A stretch of DNA of 64,000 bases from assembly GCA_963662285.2 (NCBI GenBank), contig CAXXMV010000006.1:1056001-1120000 (forward strand), given 5' to 3'. Source of the DNA: a bacterium. Lineage in GTDB: Bacteria; Hinthialibacterota; Hinthialibacteria; Hinthialibacterales; Hinthialibacteraceae. Position numbers and translations under genes: made by a program. Below the pieces are notes generated by a model. It ran no database searches. It saw only the letters and a list, made by a program, of their open reading frames with translations, and was not told the origin of the DNA. Positions within the stretch are counted from its first letter, which is position 1, and each line of letters begins with the position of its first letter. Of this stretch, positions 10,301 to 20,224 are shown in pieces.

Positions 10301-10792
10301 GGTTCGCAAGGTGTATTCCCATTTGCCGTAGTGACAACCCTGGTAGTAAAAGATGTATACACAAATATAGTACTGCCCGGCCTTCAGGCGGATTTCTTTC
10401 TCTCTGATTTCGCCAGCTCTGGCATCAACAGCGCCTAATGTATTATCAGAGAAATATTTACCGCTTTGGCCCCAGATCGAAAATCCTATCCAACACCCGT
10501 TCTCTGTATAGGCGGAGAGAGTGGTTGTGAGCCAACCATCCTCCGGTATATTGAATACATACCAATCGCGCTTATCATCAATTGGGGGGGTGCTATACTC
10601 GTTAACTTCCAAATCGTCGCTAAATGATGAGCCAACATTCATAGTATTGGCAAAAGCTCGATCATCATCCGCTTCCGCCTGTCCGAAAGTTTGCATGCCG
10701 CCCATAAGAATGATGATTGCCGTAAGCGTTGAAACGAAAATAAATCTCGAGGTTATCCAGAAAAAAAGAACCGTTCTCATGCGAAAATTCAT
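7355..10792 (-). CDS. Large secreted modular protein: two PPC-like domains, thrombospondin-C-terminal/lectin-like domain, two tandem unknown domains, Pro/Thr linkers, C-terminal proprotein-convertase P-domain-like module
   Basis: Signal peptide; DKRDWYVF and DMRDWYTL repeats; NDDDGIGLVWAY; PTPT linkers; duplicated EFN...WxEIPGGFG domain; GEWTLMLED...LESWKLIL at the end. Confidence 0.65.
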   Translation of the reverse strand: MNFRMRTVLFFWITSRFIFVSTLTAIIILMGGMQTFGQAEADDDRAFANTMNVGSSFSDDLEVNEYSTPPIDDKRDWYVFNIPEDGWLTTTLSAYTENGCWIGFSIWGQSGKYFSDNTLGAVDARAGEIREKEIRLKAGQYYICVYIFYYQGCHYGKWEYTLRTNYKQDPIPDDPASTDNAAGAPNISSGGNHGHLGYKDYSVDPAQMDMRDWYTLKLNSDSWIDTTLTGHTEGGTAIGGTIFDADDNSEVAYLPSLNSSKVIANPNEKATGRFQLSAGTYKILLYLENFGYTAPADKNKPWNYTFRVLIESDSDPAPPTPTRTFTPTKTPTPLPSGEESIIFNFEDRSLNGWQVITDVSLGFSEPPTWEIRKSQLGLDGYALYQGSNIWGNVDDTCLMGTFLIYKKQQFTNFRLEIDTVANDDDGIGLVWAYTGTDRHYRVIMINDIWPQNSLDGVDGPFLKISKRFSDNTPWYQLISFLKDDYIPYPEQTRMHLTLEVKDGLFKFTRDDGLTISGVDHEYQKGYVGIQLYAQQLEFDNLKIVPMPITNVEPSTPTPTRTFTPTRTFTPTRTPTKRPTPTHTMTPTPKEAVIPGEAPQPKAVFEFNQATLEANGWGEIPGGFGSAASGSIFPCFPITGDQIPSSVDNKGLAVLVKPNEVAFLLTQTTIDAGGLPALIRMTLRANAPDASVVLGVLKGQMDGSIAYDQCASASNFVNKEGQICVVYQPDSGGSITPFIQVAGKTEGTTNVMIDRVEVFVMHSDYSFCSSMFSNQPNPISGGSLSGNQPQPSVVYEFNGSTLASNSWVEIPGGFGGAAPGAVIPQYSISANQIPSSNDGKGIGLLVNNNEIIYLLAETAINSKGCSALIRTTLRANSPNASIFMGALKGDVLKQINVDGSLALTQLANSSSYVDREGRICVVYQPDACEWITPFIQVAGGAGGSSLVLIDRMEAFIMEPGASFSASMFSDSPSMLYPTPTSILIPKPNTPTPTKLATPTRIPTRTPTPKPWTPTPTPPPSTGPQSEILEDQAGVPIPSLDLNTFELDTLTRVINCTTDRVLTHFRAEITVTCSEWEEIIINLVLPSGEWYDFFDAVPGTKQGMWIYILDEDVPSERSLGEWTLMLEDWLGEGNPVLESWKLILTYE
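9041..9132 (-). repeat. Coding tandem repeat (18-bp unit, TRTFTP/PTPT linker)
   Basis: gtcggagtgaaggtgcgc / gtcggagtgaatgtgcgt units inside the Pro/Thr linker. Confidence 0.7.
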
Positions 10793-10964
10793 GATAGGCC
10801 TCCATTGGCTTCCAGTGTTTCACACTTACTGGATAGTATATGGATTTGATATTTTTTGTGGGCTGAAAATGCAGGCAGGTTAGTTTTGGTACTATAGGAG
10901 GACAGAGGCATGCTTGAATCCTCTGAGTAAGCGTCTCCAGAAGCAGCCCTATTATATTTACAAA

Positions 10965-10994
10965 ATTATGATCCTATTTAGGATGGAATGTCAA
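10965..10994 (-). promoter_or_regulatory. Putative sigma70 promoter for the secreted modular protein
   Basis: Minus strand TTGACA-18 bp-CATAAT, with an ATCCT-N4-AGGAT inverted repeat in the spacer. Confidence 0.45.
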
Positions 10995-11057
10995 CAGTTC
11001 TCCCCTTATTATGCCAAGATATATGCCTTTTAACTATTAAGTAAGGGGATAGGATAT

Positions 11058-12563
11058 TCATTCGGCCAGGCTGTTAGGTAAGACTATTTGGTAATGATCC
11101 AGCAAAGTTCCTTCGGCCAGGTATAATCCTAAGATTGCTTTTCTAAGGTCAATTTGAGCATCGCTTTCATCCAGTTGAGATGCGATTAAATCCCGCTGCG
11201 TTGTAAGAACTAAAAGATTGGTTGATTTACCGACGCGGAATTTTTCCAATTCAGCTTGATATTTCGCTTTCTGAAGATGAGTGGCTCTTTGCGTGGCGGA
11301 AATTTGCCGTTTGGCGCGAATCAGTTCGGCGGAGGCCATACGAACATCAAGTTCAACCAATTGTTTGAAATTATCATAAGCGATTTGGGCTTTTTCCTTG
11401 TTATTAATAACGCGGGCATGACGGGCTTTAGCGGCGCGGTTTCCCAAAGGCATGGAGAATGAAAATCCCGTACGGGCGTCATAATTCTCTTCTATGATTT
11501 TGCTAAAGGAATTATTAAATGAATCTGCATATCCGGTTTTGCCCAGGGTAATAAAAAAATCGAGTTGCGGCAACAAACCGTTTTTGGTTCTTACAAGTTG
11601 AATATCCTGTGTTTCTATTTCAATGCGAGCCTGATATAGGTCAGGCCGAGTCGAACAAGCGACGGCAATATGTTTTTCTATGGAGCCTTCATCGAATTCA
11701 TCGATGTCGGGTGAATTCGTCAACTGGACATCTAAATCCCAGAAATCATTCAAGGGAGGATTAATGGATTGAAGAAGACGCAAGGTCGATTTATGTATAG
11801 CGCTCTGAGCGTCGATGACTGATTTTTCCCGGAGAGCCACTTCACCTTCAGCAGCAGCCAGATCAATTTCTGCAAGTTCGCCAACTTCTATACGGTCTTT
11901 GGTCTCCTGAAGTTGTTTTTCGGCAAGTTCCATGGAAGTGGTATGAATGCGTAATTCTTCTTTAGCTGAAAGAAGGTTCCAATAATTTTCTTCTACCTGG
12001 GCGATGAGAGCCAGGATAAATCCCCGTAATTCGTACAGGGATAATTCAAGGTTTTTTTCCGCAAGATGAACTCCCACCAGATTGGTATTTTCACCGAATC
12101 CCTTTAAGGCCGGTATTATAATATCGGCGCCTAAACGGGAAGAAAACAACTTGGTGTAAACATTCGATTCGCGTTCTGTGGTTGATAATCCAAACTCCAT
12201 TTCCACGCCAATGGGTAAGCGTTTTGATACGCCGGTAGAGGAGTCGTACTGCCGGTTGGTCACAGACCGGAATTCTCCAACGCCAGAAGATCGTTGTCCA
12301 TCGGAGTCAGAAAAAGTGAAACCTGTATTAAGGGATGAATCAAAAGAAGCCTGTTCTTCGCTGACAAAAGTACGGGCCGTCTCCAGTCCATATTTTTCTA
12401 CCGATAAAGAGCGGTTGTTTTCCAGAGCCATCACAATACTCTCCCGTACAGTGAGTTGCAGTGTGGAGGATGAGGTCGGCGCATCGGCGTCCGTCCAGGC
12501 GAGTTCAAGGATGCTTAACAGTAAACAGAGAACAATTATAAGATGGATAGGTTTGTTATTCAT
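11058..12563 (-). CDS. TolC-family outer membrane efflux protein
   Basis: Signal peptide; LTVRESIVMALENN; two OEP helical repeats; last gene of the RND operon. Confidence 0.9.
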   Translation of the reverse strand: MNNKPIHLIIVLCLLLSILELAWTDADAPTSSSTLQLTVRESIVMALENNRSLSVEKYGLETARTFVSEEQASFDSSLNTGFTFSDSDGQRSSGVGEFRSVTNRQYDSSTGVSKRLPIGVEMEFGLSTTERESNVYTKLFSSRLGADIIIPALKGFGENTNLVGVHLAEKNLELSLYELRGFILALIAQVEENYWNLLSAKEELRIHTTSMELAEKQLQETKDRIEVGELAEIDLAAAEGEVALREKSVIDAQSAIHKSTLRLLQSINPPLNDFWDLDVQLTNSPDIDEFDEGSIEKHIAVACSTRPDLYQARIEIETQDIQLVRTKNGLLPQLDFFITLGKTGYADSFNNSFSKIIEENYDARTGFSFSMPLGNRAAKARHARVINNKEKAQIAYDNFKQLVELDVRMASAELIRAKRQISATQRATHLQKAKYQAELEKFRVGKSTNLLVLTTQRDLIASQLDESDAQIDLRKAILGLYLAEGTLLDHYQIVLPNSLAE

Positions 12564-12594
12564 TTTTCCTTGCCAGGTATCAAAGTAGTGAAAT

Positions 12595-15500
12595 TTATTC
12601 AGGTTGTAAGTTTATATCCTTTTTTCGTTCGAACATTAAATAGAAGATGGGAATAATAACTAATGTAATGATACTCGAACTGAGCAATCCCCCAATTACT
12701 ACCCGCGCCATTGGCGCCTGCACTTCGCCGCCTTCACCCAAGCCCAGCGCCAAAGGAAGCAATCCTACTGCGGTAGTTAATGTGGTCATCAGAATGGGGC
12801 GTAACCGGCGGCGTGCGCTTTCTTCTATGGCTTCCAGAATAGGCATACCATCCCGGCGTCGTAACAGGTTTGTGTAATCCACCAGGATAATTGCATTATT
12901 TACCACAATCCCGACCAGCATAATACAGCCGATAAACGATTGCAGGTTGAAGGTGGTATCGGTAATGATAAGCGTTATAACAACGCCGATAGTAGCAAGT
13001 GGAATAGCGAACATGACCACAAAAGGATCTATCAGCGATTCGAATTGCGATGCCATGACCATATAAACCAATAAAATAGCCAGGCAAAATCCGAATAATA
13101 GTTCCTTAAAGGACTTTTGTTGTTCTTCGTAATCGCCGCTGGGTTGAATCTCAAAATCAGCCGGTTTGGGAATGGCGTCAATTCGCTTTTTTATATCACC
13201 AATCACCGAACCTAAATCCCGGTCAGCTATATTGCCGGACACGGTTATAGTTCTTTGTTGATCCTCGCGTTCAATCTGAACCGGACCTTCACGTCTTTCG
13301 ATATTGACCACATTTTTGAGAACGATGCTTTTGCCTTGCGCATTGGCGACCGTCATATCGAGTACATCCGCAATCGCAAGCCGGTCGGTCTCCTTCAATC
13401 GAACCAGGATTTTGTATTCATCCCCGCCTTCACGAAACATCGTCGAACTGGTTCCGGAAAGGCTGGTTTCAATGGCGCTTGCAATCCGTGAGACCGAAAG
13501 CCCTAATGCAGAAGCTTTGGCGCGGTCAATGCGAACTATTTCTTCCGGTTGACCTTCTTCACGGCTGATACGAACATCCGTGATGCCTTCCACTTGCTCC
13601 ATCTCATCTTTTACCCTTAAGGCCAATTGTCTCGCTATATCCAAGTCATATCCCCTGACTTGAACTTCCGCCGCTTCTTCTCCTCCAGCAATCATTCGCA
13701 ACAGGAATAGGCCCTGGCCTTCACGCACGCGAATCACGATACCGGGAATATGTTCTAATAATGGACGTAAATCCTGGCATACTTTCGCACTGGATCGAAA
13801 ACGTTGACCGACTGGAACCAATGTTGCGCGCACCTCGCCGACATGTCCTCCTGAACCGCCTCTACCACTGGCGCCAACGCGGGTGTATATTACGGTTGCT
13901 TCGGGTATGGCTTCTCGGACGATTTTCTCTATTTCCTGGAATGTTGCATCAACCACCTCAATCCGCGTCCCGACCGCCATTTCTCCGCTTACCCGAACCT
14001 CCGATTCATCGGCTTTAGGCATCAATTCCACACCGACTTTACCGGTCATCCAGATACTTCCACCCAAGAGGATAAGCACCAGAAGAATTACTATATAACG
14101 AAAGCGAATGGCTGTATGCAGAAAAATAATGTATTCGCGTTCCAGAAAAGACATGAATTTATTGTTGTGGTTTTGAGCGGTTTTCTTCTGAATTTTAAGA
14201 AAGCGTGATGACAAGACAGGGATAAGAGTAAGCGCAACCACCAGCGAACAGAATAACGCAAAAACCACTACCACCGCCAATTGCCTGAAGGTGACGCCAG
14301 ACATTCCTCTGACGAACAGAACTGGTAAAAAAACGACGATAGTCGTCAGAGTACTGGCGAAGATCGCAGTTGATACTTCTTCCGTCCCCAGTAGCGCTGC
14401 ATTGAACTTTTTCTTCCCGCTCTCCAGGTGACGGTAAATATTTTCCAGTACGACGATGGCGCTATCAACCAGCATCCCCACTCCAAGCGCCAGTCCCCCA
14501 AAGGTCATGATATTTAAGGTAAAACCGCAAAAATACATCAACGCAAATGTGGCCATGATCGAGATGGGGATGGCAACGAAGATCACAAATGTACTGCGGA
14601 TATTCCGTAAAAATAAATAGAGAATCACAATTGACAAAAGCGCTCCATAAAAAGCGGCGTTTCTGACATTGCCAATCGCCCGCTTAATATATAGCGAACT
14701 GTCCAGAGTCGGGAAAACATGTAATTGAGGAAAATCTTCATTAATGCGATCAATTTCAGCAAGAGCGGCTTCTGCAACTTGAACGGTATTGCTGCCGGAT
14801 TGTTTATTTATCGCCATTCTCAAAACAGGTACTCCGCCTGAGCGGTAAATGTATGTGATCTCTTCATAAGAATCAGTGACCGTTCCAATATCTTTCAACA
14901 GAATAGGAACAGCATCGCGCATCTGAACAACTGTGTTTTTAATTTCGTCCAGGGTTTGATATTCACCTTCGGTGCGAACCTGCGATTCGAGATACCCCTC
15001 ATCCACTTTTCCGGCGGGTAGATTAATATTTTCCATACGCAAGGCATTCAAAACCGTATCCAGGGACATATCAAGGGAGGTTAATTTATGGCTATCCAAG
15101 TCAACATGAATTTCTCTTCGTAATCCACCGCGAACATCAACCGCAGCGACGCCGGGGATGCGTTCCAGACGGGATTTCACTTGATGCTCGACTACATCGC
15201 GTAATTCAACAGGGTCTAATTTGCCGGAAACGCCAAGATAGAGCACTGGAAATGAGGATAAATCGAATTTGTAAATTCGAGGGGAATCAGAATCTTCCGG
15301 CAGATGATCGCGGATTCTATCCACACGCGTTCTAACATCATTAGCAGCATCATCAATATCTATGCCCCAGACGAAACTTACTCGAACCCGGCTATTGCCT
15401 TCAGAAGAAGTCGAAATTATTTTTTCCACTCCCTGAATTGAACTTACAGCTTCTTCGACTGGCCGGGTAATCAGTTGCTCCATCTCTTTTGGACCAACGT

Positions 15501-15657
15501 TGGCGTATTCTGTGGCGACAGTAATACTAGGCCAGGTAATATCAGGCATTAAATCAATAGGTAAACGCATGAAGGAGATGATTCCAAACAGAATCACCAT
15601 GATAAAAAACATGAAAGTTGTTATGGGACGATTGACAGCGAAATGAGAAATTTTCAT
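12595..15657 (-). CDS. RND efflux permease (AcrB/AcrD/AcrF family)
   Basis: MKISHFAVNRP start; GMLVDSAIVVLENI; GIVVNNAIILVD; RLRPILMTTLTT; 1020 aa. Confidence 0.95.
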   Translation of the reverse strand: MKISHFAVNRPITTFMFFIMVILFGIISFMRLPIDLMPDITWPSITVATEYANVGPKEMEQLITRPVEEAVSSIQGVEKIISTSSEGNSRVRVSFVWGIDIDDAANDVRTRVDRIRDHLPEDSDSPRIYKFDLSSFPVLYLGVSGKLDPVELRDVVEHQVKSRLERIPGVAAVDVRGGLRREIHVDLDSHKLTSLDMSLDTVLNALRMENINLPAGKVDEGYLESQVRTEGEYQTLDEIKNTVVQMRDAVPILLKDIGTVTDSYEEITYIYRSGGVPVLRMAINKQSGSNTVQVAEAALAEIDRINEDFPQLHVFPTLDSSLYIKRAIGNVRNAAFYGALLSIVILYLFLRNIRSTFVIFVAIPISIMATFALMYFCGFTLNIMTFGGLALGVGMLVDSAIVVLENIYRHLESGKKKFNAALLGTEEVSTAIFASTLTTIVVFLPVLFVRGMSGVTFRQLAVVVVFALFCSLVVALTLIPVLSSRFLKIQKKTAQNHNNKFMSFLEREYIIFLHTAIRFRYIVILLVLILLGGSIWMTGKVGVELMPKADESEVRVSGEMAVGTRIEVVDATFQEIEKIVREAIPEATVIYTRVGASGRGGSGGHVGEVRATLVPVGQRFRSSAKVCQDLRPLLEHIPGIVIRVREGQGLFLLRMIAGGEEAAEVQVRGYDLDIARQLALRVKDEMEQVEGITDVRISREEGQPEEIVRIDRAKASALGLSVSRIASAIETSLSGTSSTMFREGGDEYKILVRLKETDRLAIADVLDMTVANAQGKSIVLKNVVNIERREGPVQIEREDQQRTITVSGNIADRDLGSVIGDIKKRIDAIPKPADFEIQPSGDYEEQQKSFKELLFGFCLAILLVYMVMASQFESLIDPFVVMFAIPLATIGVVITLIITDTTFNLQSFIGCIMLVGIVVNNAIILVDYTNLLRRRDGMPILEAIEESARRRLRPILMTTLTTAVGLLPLALGLGEGGEVQAPMARVVIGGLLSSSIITLVIIPIFYLMFERKKDINLQPE

Positions 15658-15667
15658 CCAGTTTTTC

Positions 15668-16813
15668 CTATTTATCTTTGGATGTATTAACTACAATGGA
15701 ATCTCCATCACTTAAAAGGTGTTGCCCCATAACAATAACTTGCTCACAGGGCTGTTCGCTGGTTATTTCAGTTAATTGGGGATTAGAAATTCCTTTGGTG
15801 ATTGGAATAAATCTGGTGGTGGTTTGGTTGGCATCCGGAACAAAGACGCCCAGCTGGGTTTCTCTTTTAACAATGGCATGGCTAGGCGCCAGCATGACAT
15901 TTTTACGGATGCCATATTGAATTCGAACTCTTGCGAACATACCAGGCTTGAGAAGCAGGTGTGAGTTTTCAAATTCGATCTCTGTCTCTGCGGTTCTGGT
16001 GTCAGGGTCGAGAATAGGAGCGATGCGGGTCACTTCTCCTTCGAAAATCTGATTGGGATAGGCATCCACCTTTAGAATTGCTTTCAAACCAATCAGAACT
16101 TTGGCGTAATCACGCTCAACCACGCTGATAACCGTTTTTACCACAGACATATTTGCTAAAGAGACAATGGGAGTTGATGCAGACATCATGGCGCCTTCAT
16201 CAACATAACGTTTTCCGACAAATCCGGTGATTGGAGAATTGATTTGGGTATAGGAGAGCCTGGTTTGCGCCGCTCGAAGGGCAGCTTCCTGTTGAGTGAT
16301 GCTGGCTTCCGCCACTCTTTTACGTCCCAGAAATTTGGCCACTTCCGATTCAGAGGTCTCCAGCTCGGTTTCTGCGGCCACTTTTCTTTGGCGGAGAGTT
16401 TTGATGCGTTCCAGCTCGTTTTGAGCAGTAGCAACCGAGGTATTGATCTCTTCAAGCGCGGCTCTTGCCACTAATAATCTGGCTTTGGCCTCATCAACTT
16501 CATTTTTGATCTCTTCATCATCCAAAGTCGCCAATAATTGGCCTTGCTCAACTTTATCGCCGAGATCAACATAAATCTTATTGACCAGACCGGAGATTTT
16601 AGGAGACACGGAAACTTCGGCATTTCCCGCTAAGGCGCCGGTAAATTCCGCTGTATCTTCAATGTCTCCAATGGTAATATTTTCGCATATTACAGCAATT
16701 GGCGTTTTGCCCCGTTTTAACGATTTTTCTTTAGATGATGCGAATAAAATGAGTTTCCATATTACAAGAGCCGCTAAAACTAGAACAAATGATATCAGAA
16801 TAATTTTTCTCAT
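15668..16813 (-). CDS. RND efflux periplasmic adaptor (membrane fusion protein)
   Basis: N-terminal TM; lipoyl halves (VDLGDKVEQGQLLA / INSPITGFV); coiled coil; LLKPGMFARV. Confidence 0.93.
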   Translation of the reverse strand: MRKIILISFVLVLAALVIWKLILFASSKEKSLKRGKTPIAVICENITIGDIEDTAEFTGALAGNAEVSVSPKISGLVNKIYVDLGDKVEQGQLLATLDDEEIKNEVDEAKARLLVARAALEEINTSVATAQNELERIKTLRQRKVAAETELETSESEVAKFLGRKRVAEASITQQEAALRAAQTRLSYTQINSPITGFVGKRYVDEGAMMSASTPIVSLANMSVVKTVISVVERDYAKVLIGLKAILKVDAYPNQIFEGEVTRIAPILDPDTRTAETEIEFENSHLLLKPGMFARVRIQYGIRKNVMLAPSHAIVKRETQLGVFVPDANQTTTRFIPITKGISNPQLTEITSEQPCEQVIVMGQHLLSDGDSIVVNTSKDK

Positions 16814-17426
16814 GATTTTCCGGATAATATAGAATTTAATTGTTTCATATCAGAATGAAAAGGATCAAAATATTAGTCATAAATGTTCAAGCAATTGTTC
16901 CTTTAAACCTTTTATTCAAAGATATTTGAATATTCTTCTATAGAGTGATTTTCATAATAATGTTCTGATTCGTGATCCGAAAATCCAGAAAAGATTGGTT
17001 TTTCAAAGAGCAAACATATTAATAAACGAATATAATTTTGATAATCGCTCTAGAATTTAATGCCACCTGAATAATAAGACTGAGCTGACCTCCAGGTCTA
17101 GTACTCCAGAAGGTTCTTTTTAAGTAAAATCAGGGTGTATAGTTTTATGTTTATTTATGGGTCGGTTTTAAGAGATATTCTTTTAATTACCTTAGGTTAA
17201 GCGCTAAAATATGCATTATTTTGTTTTTGATTAATGGCTTCCCTTTACATTAGGAAAAAAATATGCCCAAATAGATAATATAAATCACTATATTAATATA
17301 TTCTGGTAGATATCATAAATCATCCATAATTATTAATTATTAAATCCTCCCTTTGTAGAGGGGAATCTGCGTATTTTTTTATTACTTAAACCTCAATGAG
17401 GAATCTTAAAAATAGTAAAGGGGAAT

Positions 17427-18203
17427 ATGTCTATGAAAAAGATGTTAGGTCTAGTAGTTCTATGTGCTTGTATGCTTCTTTTAGTTACAGGAGTTGAGGC
17501 GCAAGTGGTCAAAGAGATTAATTTCTCTGCAGCTGAAGGTTATGTGGACGGATTGCTGATTGGACAGCCAGCCAATAGTGATTCAAAGTGGACTGCTGCC
17601 AGCGAAGCCCAGGGTGTGGATACTTTTATGGTAGAGAACGAAGCCATGCTCGTTCATCCTGATGGAACAGGAACGATTTGGCTTAATATCAGTTTCCCGG
17701 TCCAACATACCGGTTTTCTTACCGCTACCTGGGATTGGCAATATTTTGGACCACCGGAAAAGCATATGGATTTAGGTTTTACAATCGGCGATTTAGCCAA
17801 TTACCTGGTCGATGGCGATCCATACACCGTGTTTAACGAACAAAGCGCCATCACCCGCATGGGCGATCTTATCGATGCTCGAAACGGCGATTGGGTCGGC
17901 GGCGGCAGTTGGGAATCAGCGAATGGCGTTGAATACCGGGATGGAGTATTGGTTCATATGCGCATGGTCGTTGACATCCAAGAATGGTATTTTGACATCT
18001 ACGCACAAAGAGATGGTGAAGAGGAAGCTTTGGTGGCGGATGATTTTCTTTTCCGTCGCGCAACTTCAGGAGAAACCGATGGAGTGAATGGGATAACCTT
18101 GTGGTTGAATGGCGGCGATCCTGAAACCAGCGTTGTTCTGGATAACATTCTCCTGGTCGGTCCTGAACCAATCGCGTCTGTTGATAGTTGGGATTTATTT
18201 TAA
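17427..18203 (+). CDS. Secreted hypothetical protein (beta-sandwich-like) with C-terminal SVDSWDLF tail
   Basis: RBS AAGGGG; signal peptide ending VEA|Q; acidic, beta-rich body. Confidence 0.7.
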   Translation: MSMKKMLGLVVLCACMLLLVTGVEAQVVKEINFSAAEGYVDGLLIGQPANSDSKWTAASEAQGVDTFMVENEAMLVHPDGTGTIWLNISFPVQHTGFLTATWDWQYFGPPEKHMDLGFTIGDLANYLVDGDPYTVFNEQSAITRMGDLIDARNGDWVGGGSWESANGVEYRDGVLVHMRMVVDIQEWYFDIYAQRDGEEEALVADDFLFRRATSGETDGVNGITLWLNGGDPETSVVLDNILLVGPEPIASVDSWDLF

Positions 18204-18272
18204 TCCTTCATTCCATAAAAAATATTATTTAGATGGAATGATGTTAGATTGATCTTAAGAGTATTGGATTAT

Positions 18273-18303
18273 CCGGGACGCAACTCAACAGGCTGCGTCC
18301 CGG
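18273..18303. terminator. Hairpin between convergent genes (terminator or REP-like)
   Basis: CCGGGACGCA-N11-TGCGTCCCGG perfect 10-bp inverted repeat. Confidence 0.55.
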
Positions 18304-18310
18304 TTGTAGT

Positions 18311-19699
18311 TTATAGGTTATTTTTTTGCGTCAGGATTGGATAAGCAGGTGACGGCGTATACGCTTTTTCAAAGATGTCTTCAATCTGTGAAACGATATG
18401 GGGATGTTGATGAGCGATGTTGTCTGATTCGCTGATATCGTTTTTTAGATCGTATAATTCAATAGGCGAACCAATGCCATTGCGGATGCCTTTCCAGTCT
18501 CCCATGCGGGCTGCTTGCAAGTATTTTTTTCTGGCGTGTCCATAATCCCAATAGAGATATTTGTGTTGTTGCTTTTGTTCTTTTCCAAGCAGGGAAGGGA
18601 GGATGGATATTCCATCGATGTTATCGGGAGCGTCAGTTCCCGCCAGTTCAGCCAAGGTTGGCATGATATCCCAAAAGGCAAAGGGCTGGTGGTTGGAATG
18701 ATTGGCTGGTACATGACCAGGCCACCGAACGATCATTGGTATCCTGATTCCCCCTTCGTACATTGAACGTTTTGCGCCCCGCAGTGGTCCGGCGCTATTA
18801 AAGAACGATGGTTTGTGTAAAGCCTCAACCGATGGCCCGTTATCGCTGGTGAAAAACAGAATGGTGTTATTGTCGATGTTTAATTCTTTCAACCGTTTTA
18901 AGATGCGTCCAACGTCGCGATCCATCCGCGTCACCATAGCGGCGTAATTTTTTTCGACCTGCGGCCAATCACGGCTGCTGTATGGTTCGTCGCTGGGCAC
19001 GATTTGTGAGTCGGGCGAATCCTCTGGATAATCCGACCAATGGGGGATGGTGTAAGCCAGATACAGAAAGAATGGTTTCTCTTTTGATTCATCGATAAAG
19101 TTTAAGGCGCGATCTGTGAAAAGGTCATGGGTGTATTCTTGTTTCTGTTCACCCCGGTTTCCTGAGAGTAGTTTGATGCGGTCATTATCCCAGAGGTAAT
19201 CTGGATAGTAGAAATGCGCCTGATCCTGATCTAAGTGACCGAACCAGTCATCGAATCCCTGATCGTTGGGTTTGCCTTCTGATCCATGAACGCCCAGGCT
19301 CCATTTACCAACGCATCCGGTTCGATATCCGGCTTGGCGCAGCACTTCAGCAATAGTGATATCAGAATCAAGCAGGAAGGTTCCGTGAGGGATATTGTCG
19401 CGCAGCCGACTATGTCCATTATGCATTCCTGTCATCAAGCAGCATCGTGATGGAGCGCATACTGTGGAACCGGCGTAAGTCTGCGTGCATCGCGTTCCCT
19501 CAAGCGCCATCTGGTCGATGCAGGGCGTTTGAATCATTTTCTGACCATAACAGCCCAGGTCGCCATATCCTAAATCATCCGCCATTATGAAAATGATGTT
19601 TGGTTTGTTTTTGGAATCAGCGAAAGCATTATTGGGGTATGGGATTGAATTCAATAGTAGAGATGACGCTGCGCCGGATAAGAAAGTTCTACGTTTCAT
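18311..19699 (-). CDS. Arylsulfatase (formylglycine-dependent, Cys-type), Tat-exported
   Basis: Tat motif MKRRTFL (likely start 19699; ORF track starts 19711); PNIIFIMADDLGYGD; CAPSR; GKW; SDNG; YEGGIRIP. Confidence 0.93.
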   Translation of the reverse strand: MKRRTFLSGAASSLLLNSIPYPNNAFADSKNKPNIIFIMADDLGYGDLGCYGQKMIQTPCIDQMALEGTRCTQTYAGSTVCAPSRCCLMTGMHNGHSRLRDNIPHGTFLLDSDITIAEVLRQAGYRTGCVGKWSLGVHGSEGKPNDQGFDDWFGHLDQDQAHFYYPDYLWDNDRIKLLSGNRGEQKQEYTHDLFTDRALNFIDESKEKPFFLYLAYTIPHWSDYPEDSPDSQIVPSDEPYSSRDWPQVEKNYAAMVTRMDRDVGRILKRLKELNIDNNTILFFTSDNGPSVEALHKPSFFNSAGPLRGAKRSMYEGGIRIPMIVRWPGHVPANHSNHQPFAFWDIMPTLAELAGTDAPDNIDGISILPSLLGKEQKQQHKYLYWDYGHARKKYLQAARMGDWKGIRNGIGSPIELYDLKNDISESDNIAHQHPHIVSQIEDIFEKAYTPSPAYPILTQKNNL

Positions 19700-20042
19700 G
19701 TACTTCTCCAAAAATAAAATTTAACGAAAAAGTTAGAAGGGCATAATCTATAACTTAAAAGAATACACTTGAAAAAGAATTATATATCACAGATATGCCG
19801 TTGACGTAAGAATGACTGACATTTATCTATTATTTTTCAATATTAGAGGTAAAACAGAATGTTTGCTTGACAAAAGGGTGAATATATGGGAGATTGAGTA
19901 TTCCAATTATTTGGAACTTTATGTTTTGCCTTGGCATCTTCAGGGATTTGGAAACTGTATTTGATAAAAATACGTTTCCTGACTCACTTGAACGAACAAA
20001 TCGCTCAAGATTAAACCAACCGATTTAACAGGAGATGATATT

Positions 20043-20135
20043 ATGGCGAAAAAGGACAAAGATAAGAAGGATAAGAAAAAAGACAAGAAGAAAGATAAAA
20101 AAAAGAACAAGAAGAAAGACAAGAAGAAAAAGTAA
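20043..20135 (+). CDS. 30-aa Lys/Asp-rich micro-protein MAKKDKDKKDKKKDKKKDKKKNKKKDKKKK
   Basis: Strong RBS AGGAG 8 nt before the ATG; mixed AAA/AAG and GAC/GAT codons; upstream TTGACA at 19867; downstream intrinsic terminator. Confidence 0.7.
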   Translation: MAKKDKDKKDKKKDKKKDKKKNKKKDKKKK

Positions 20136-20224
20136 CTAGAATTTGTTGAATGAATCACAGTGCAGTTACGGTTGCGTATATTGCAGACTTCTTATGGTAG
20201 ACTAAAACATATTTAGAATCCCAG

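Noticed and set aside
11058-16813. RND efflux operon as a novel system
   Set aside because: Ordinary MFP-RND-TolC architecture with canonical motifs.
20043-20135. Lysine attenuator leader peptide
   Set aside because: No co-oriented downstream gene to regulate; the next genes are convergent.
19940-20158. 72-aa Phe-rich minus-strand ORF
   Set aside because: It is the antisense shadow of the Lys-rich micro-ORF, which has the RBS and terminator.
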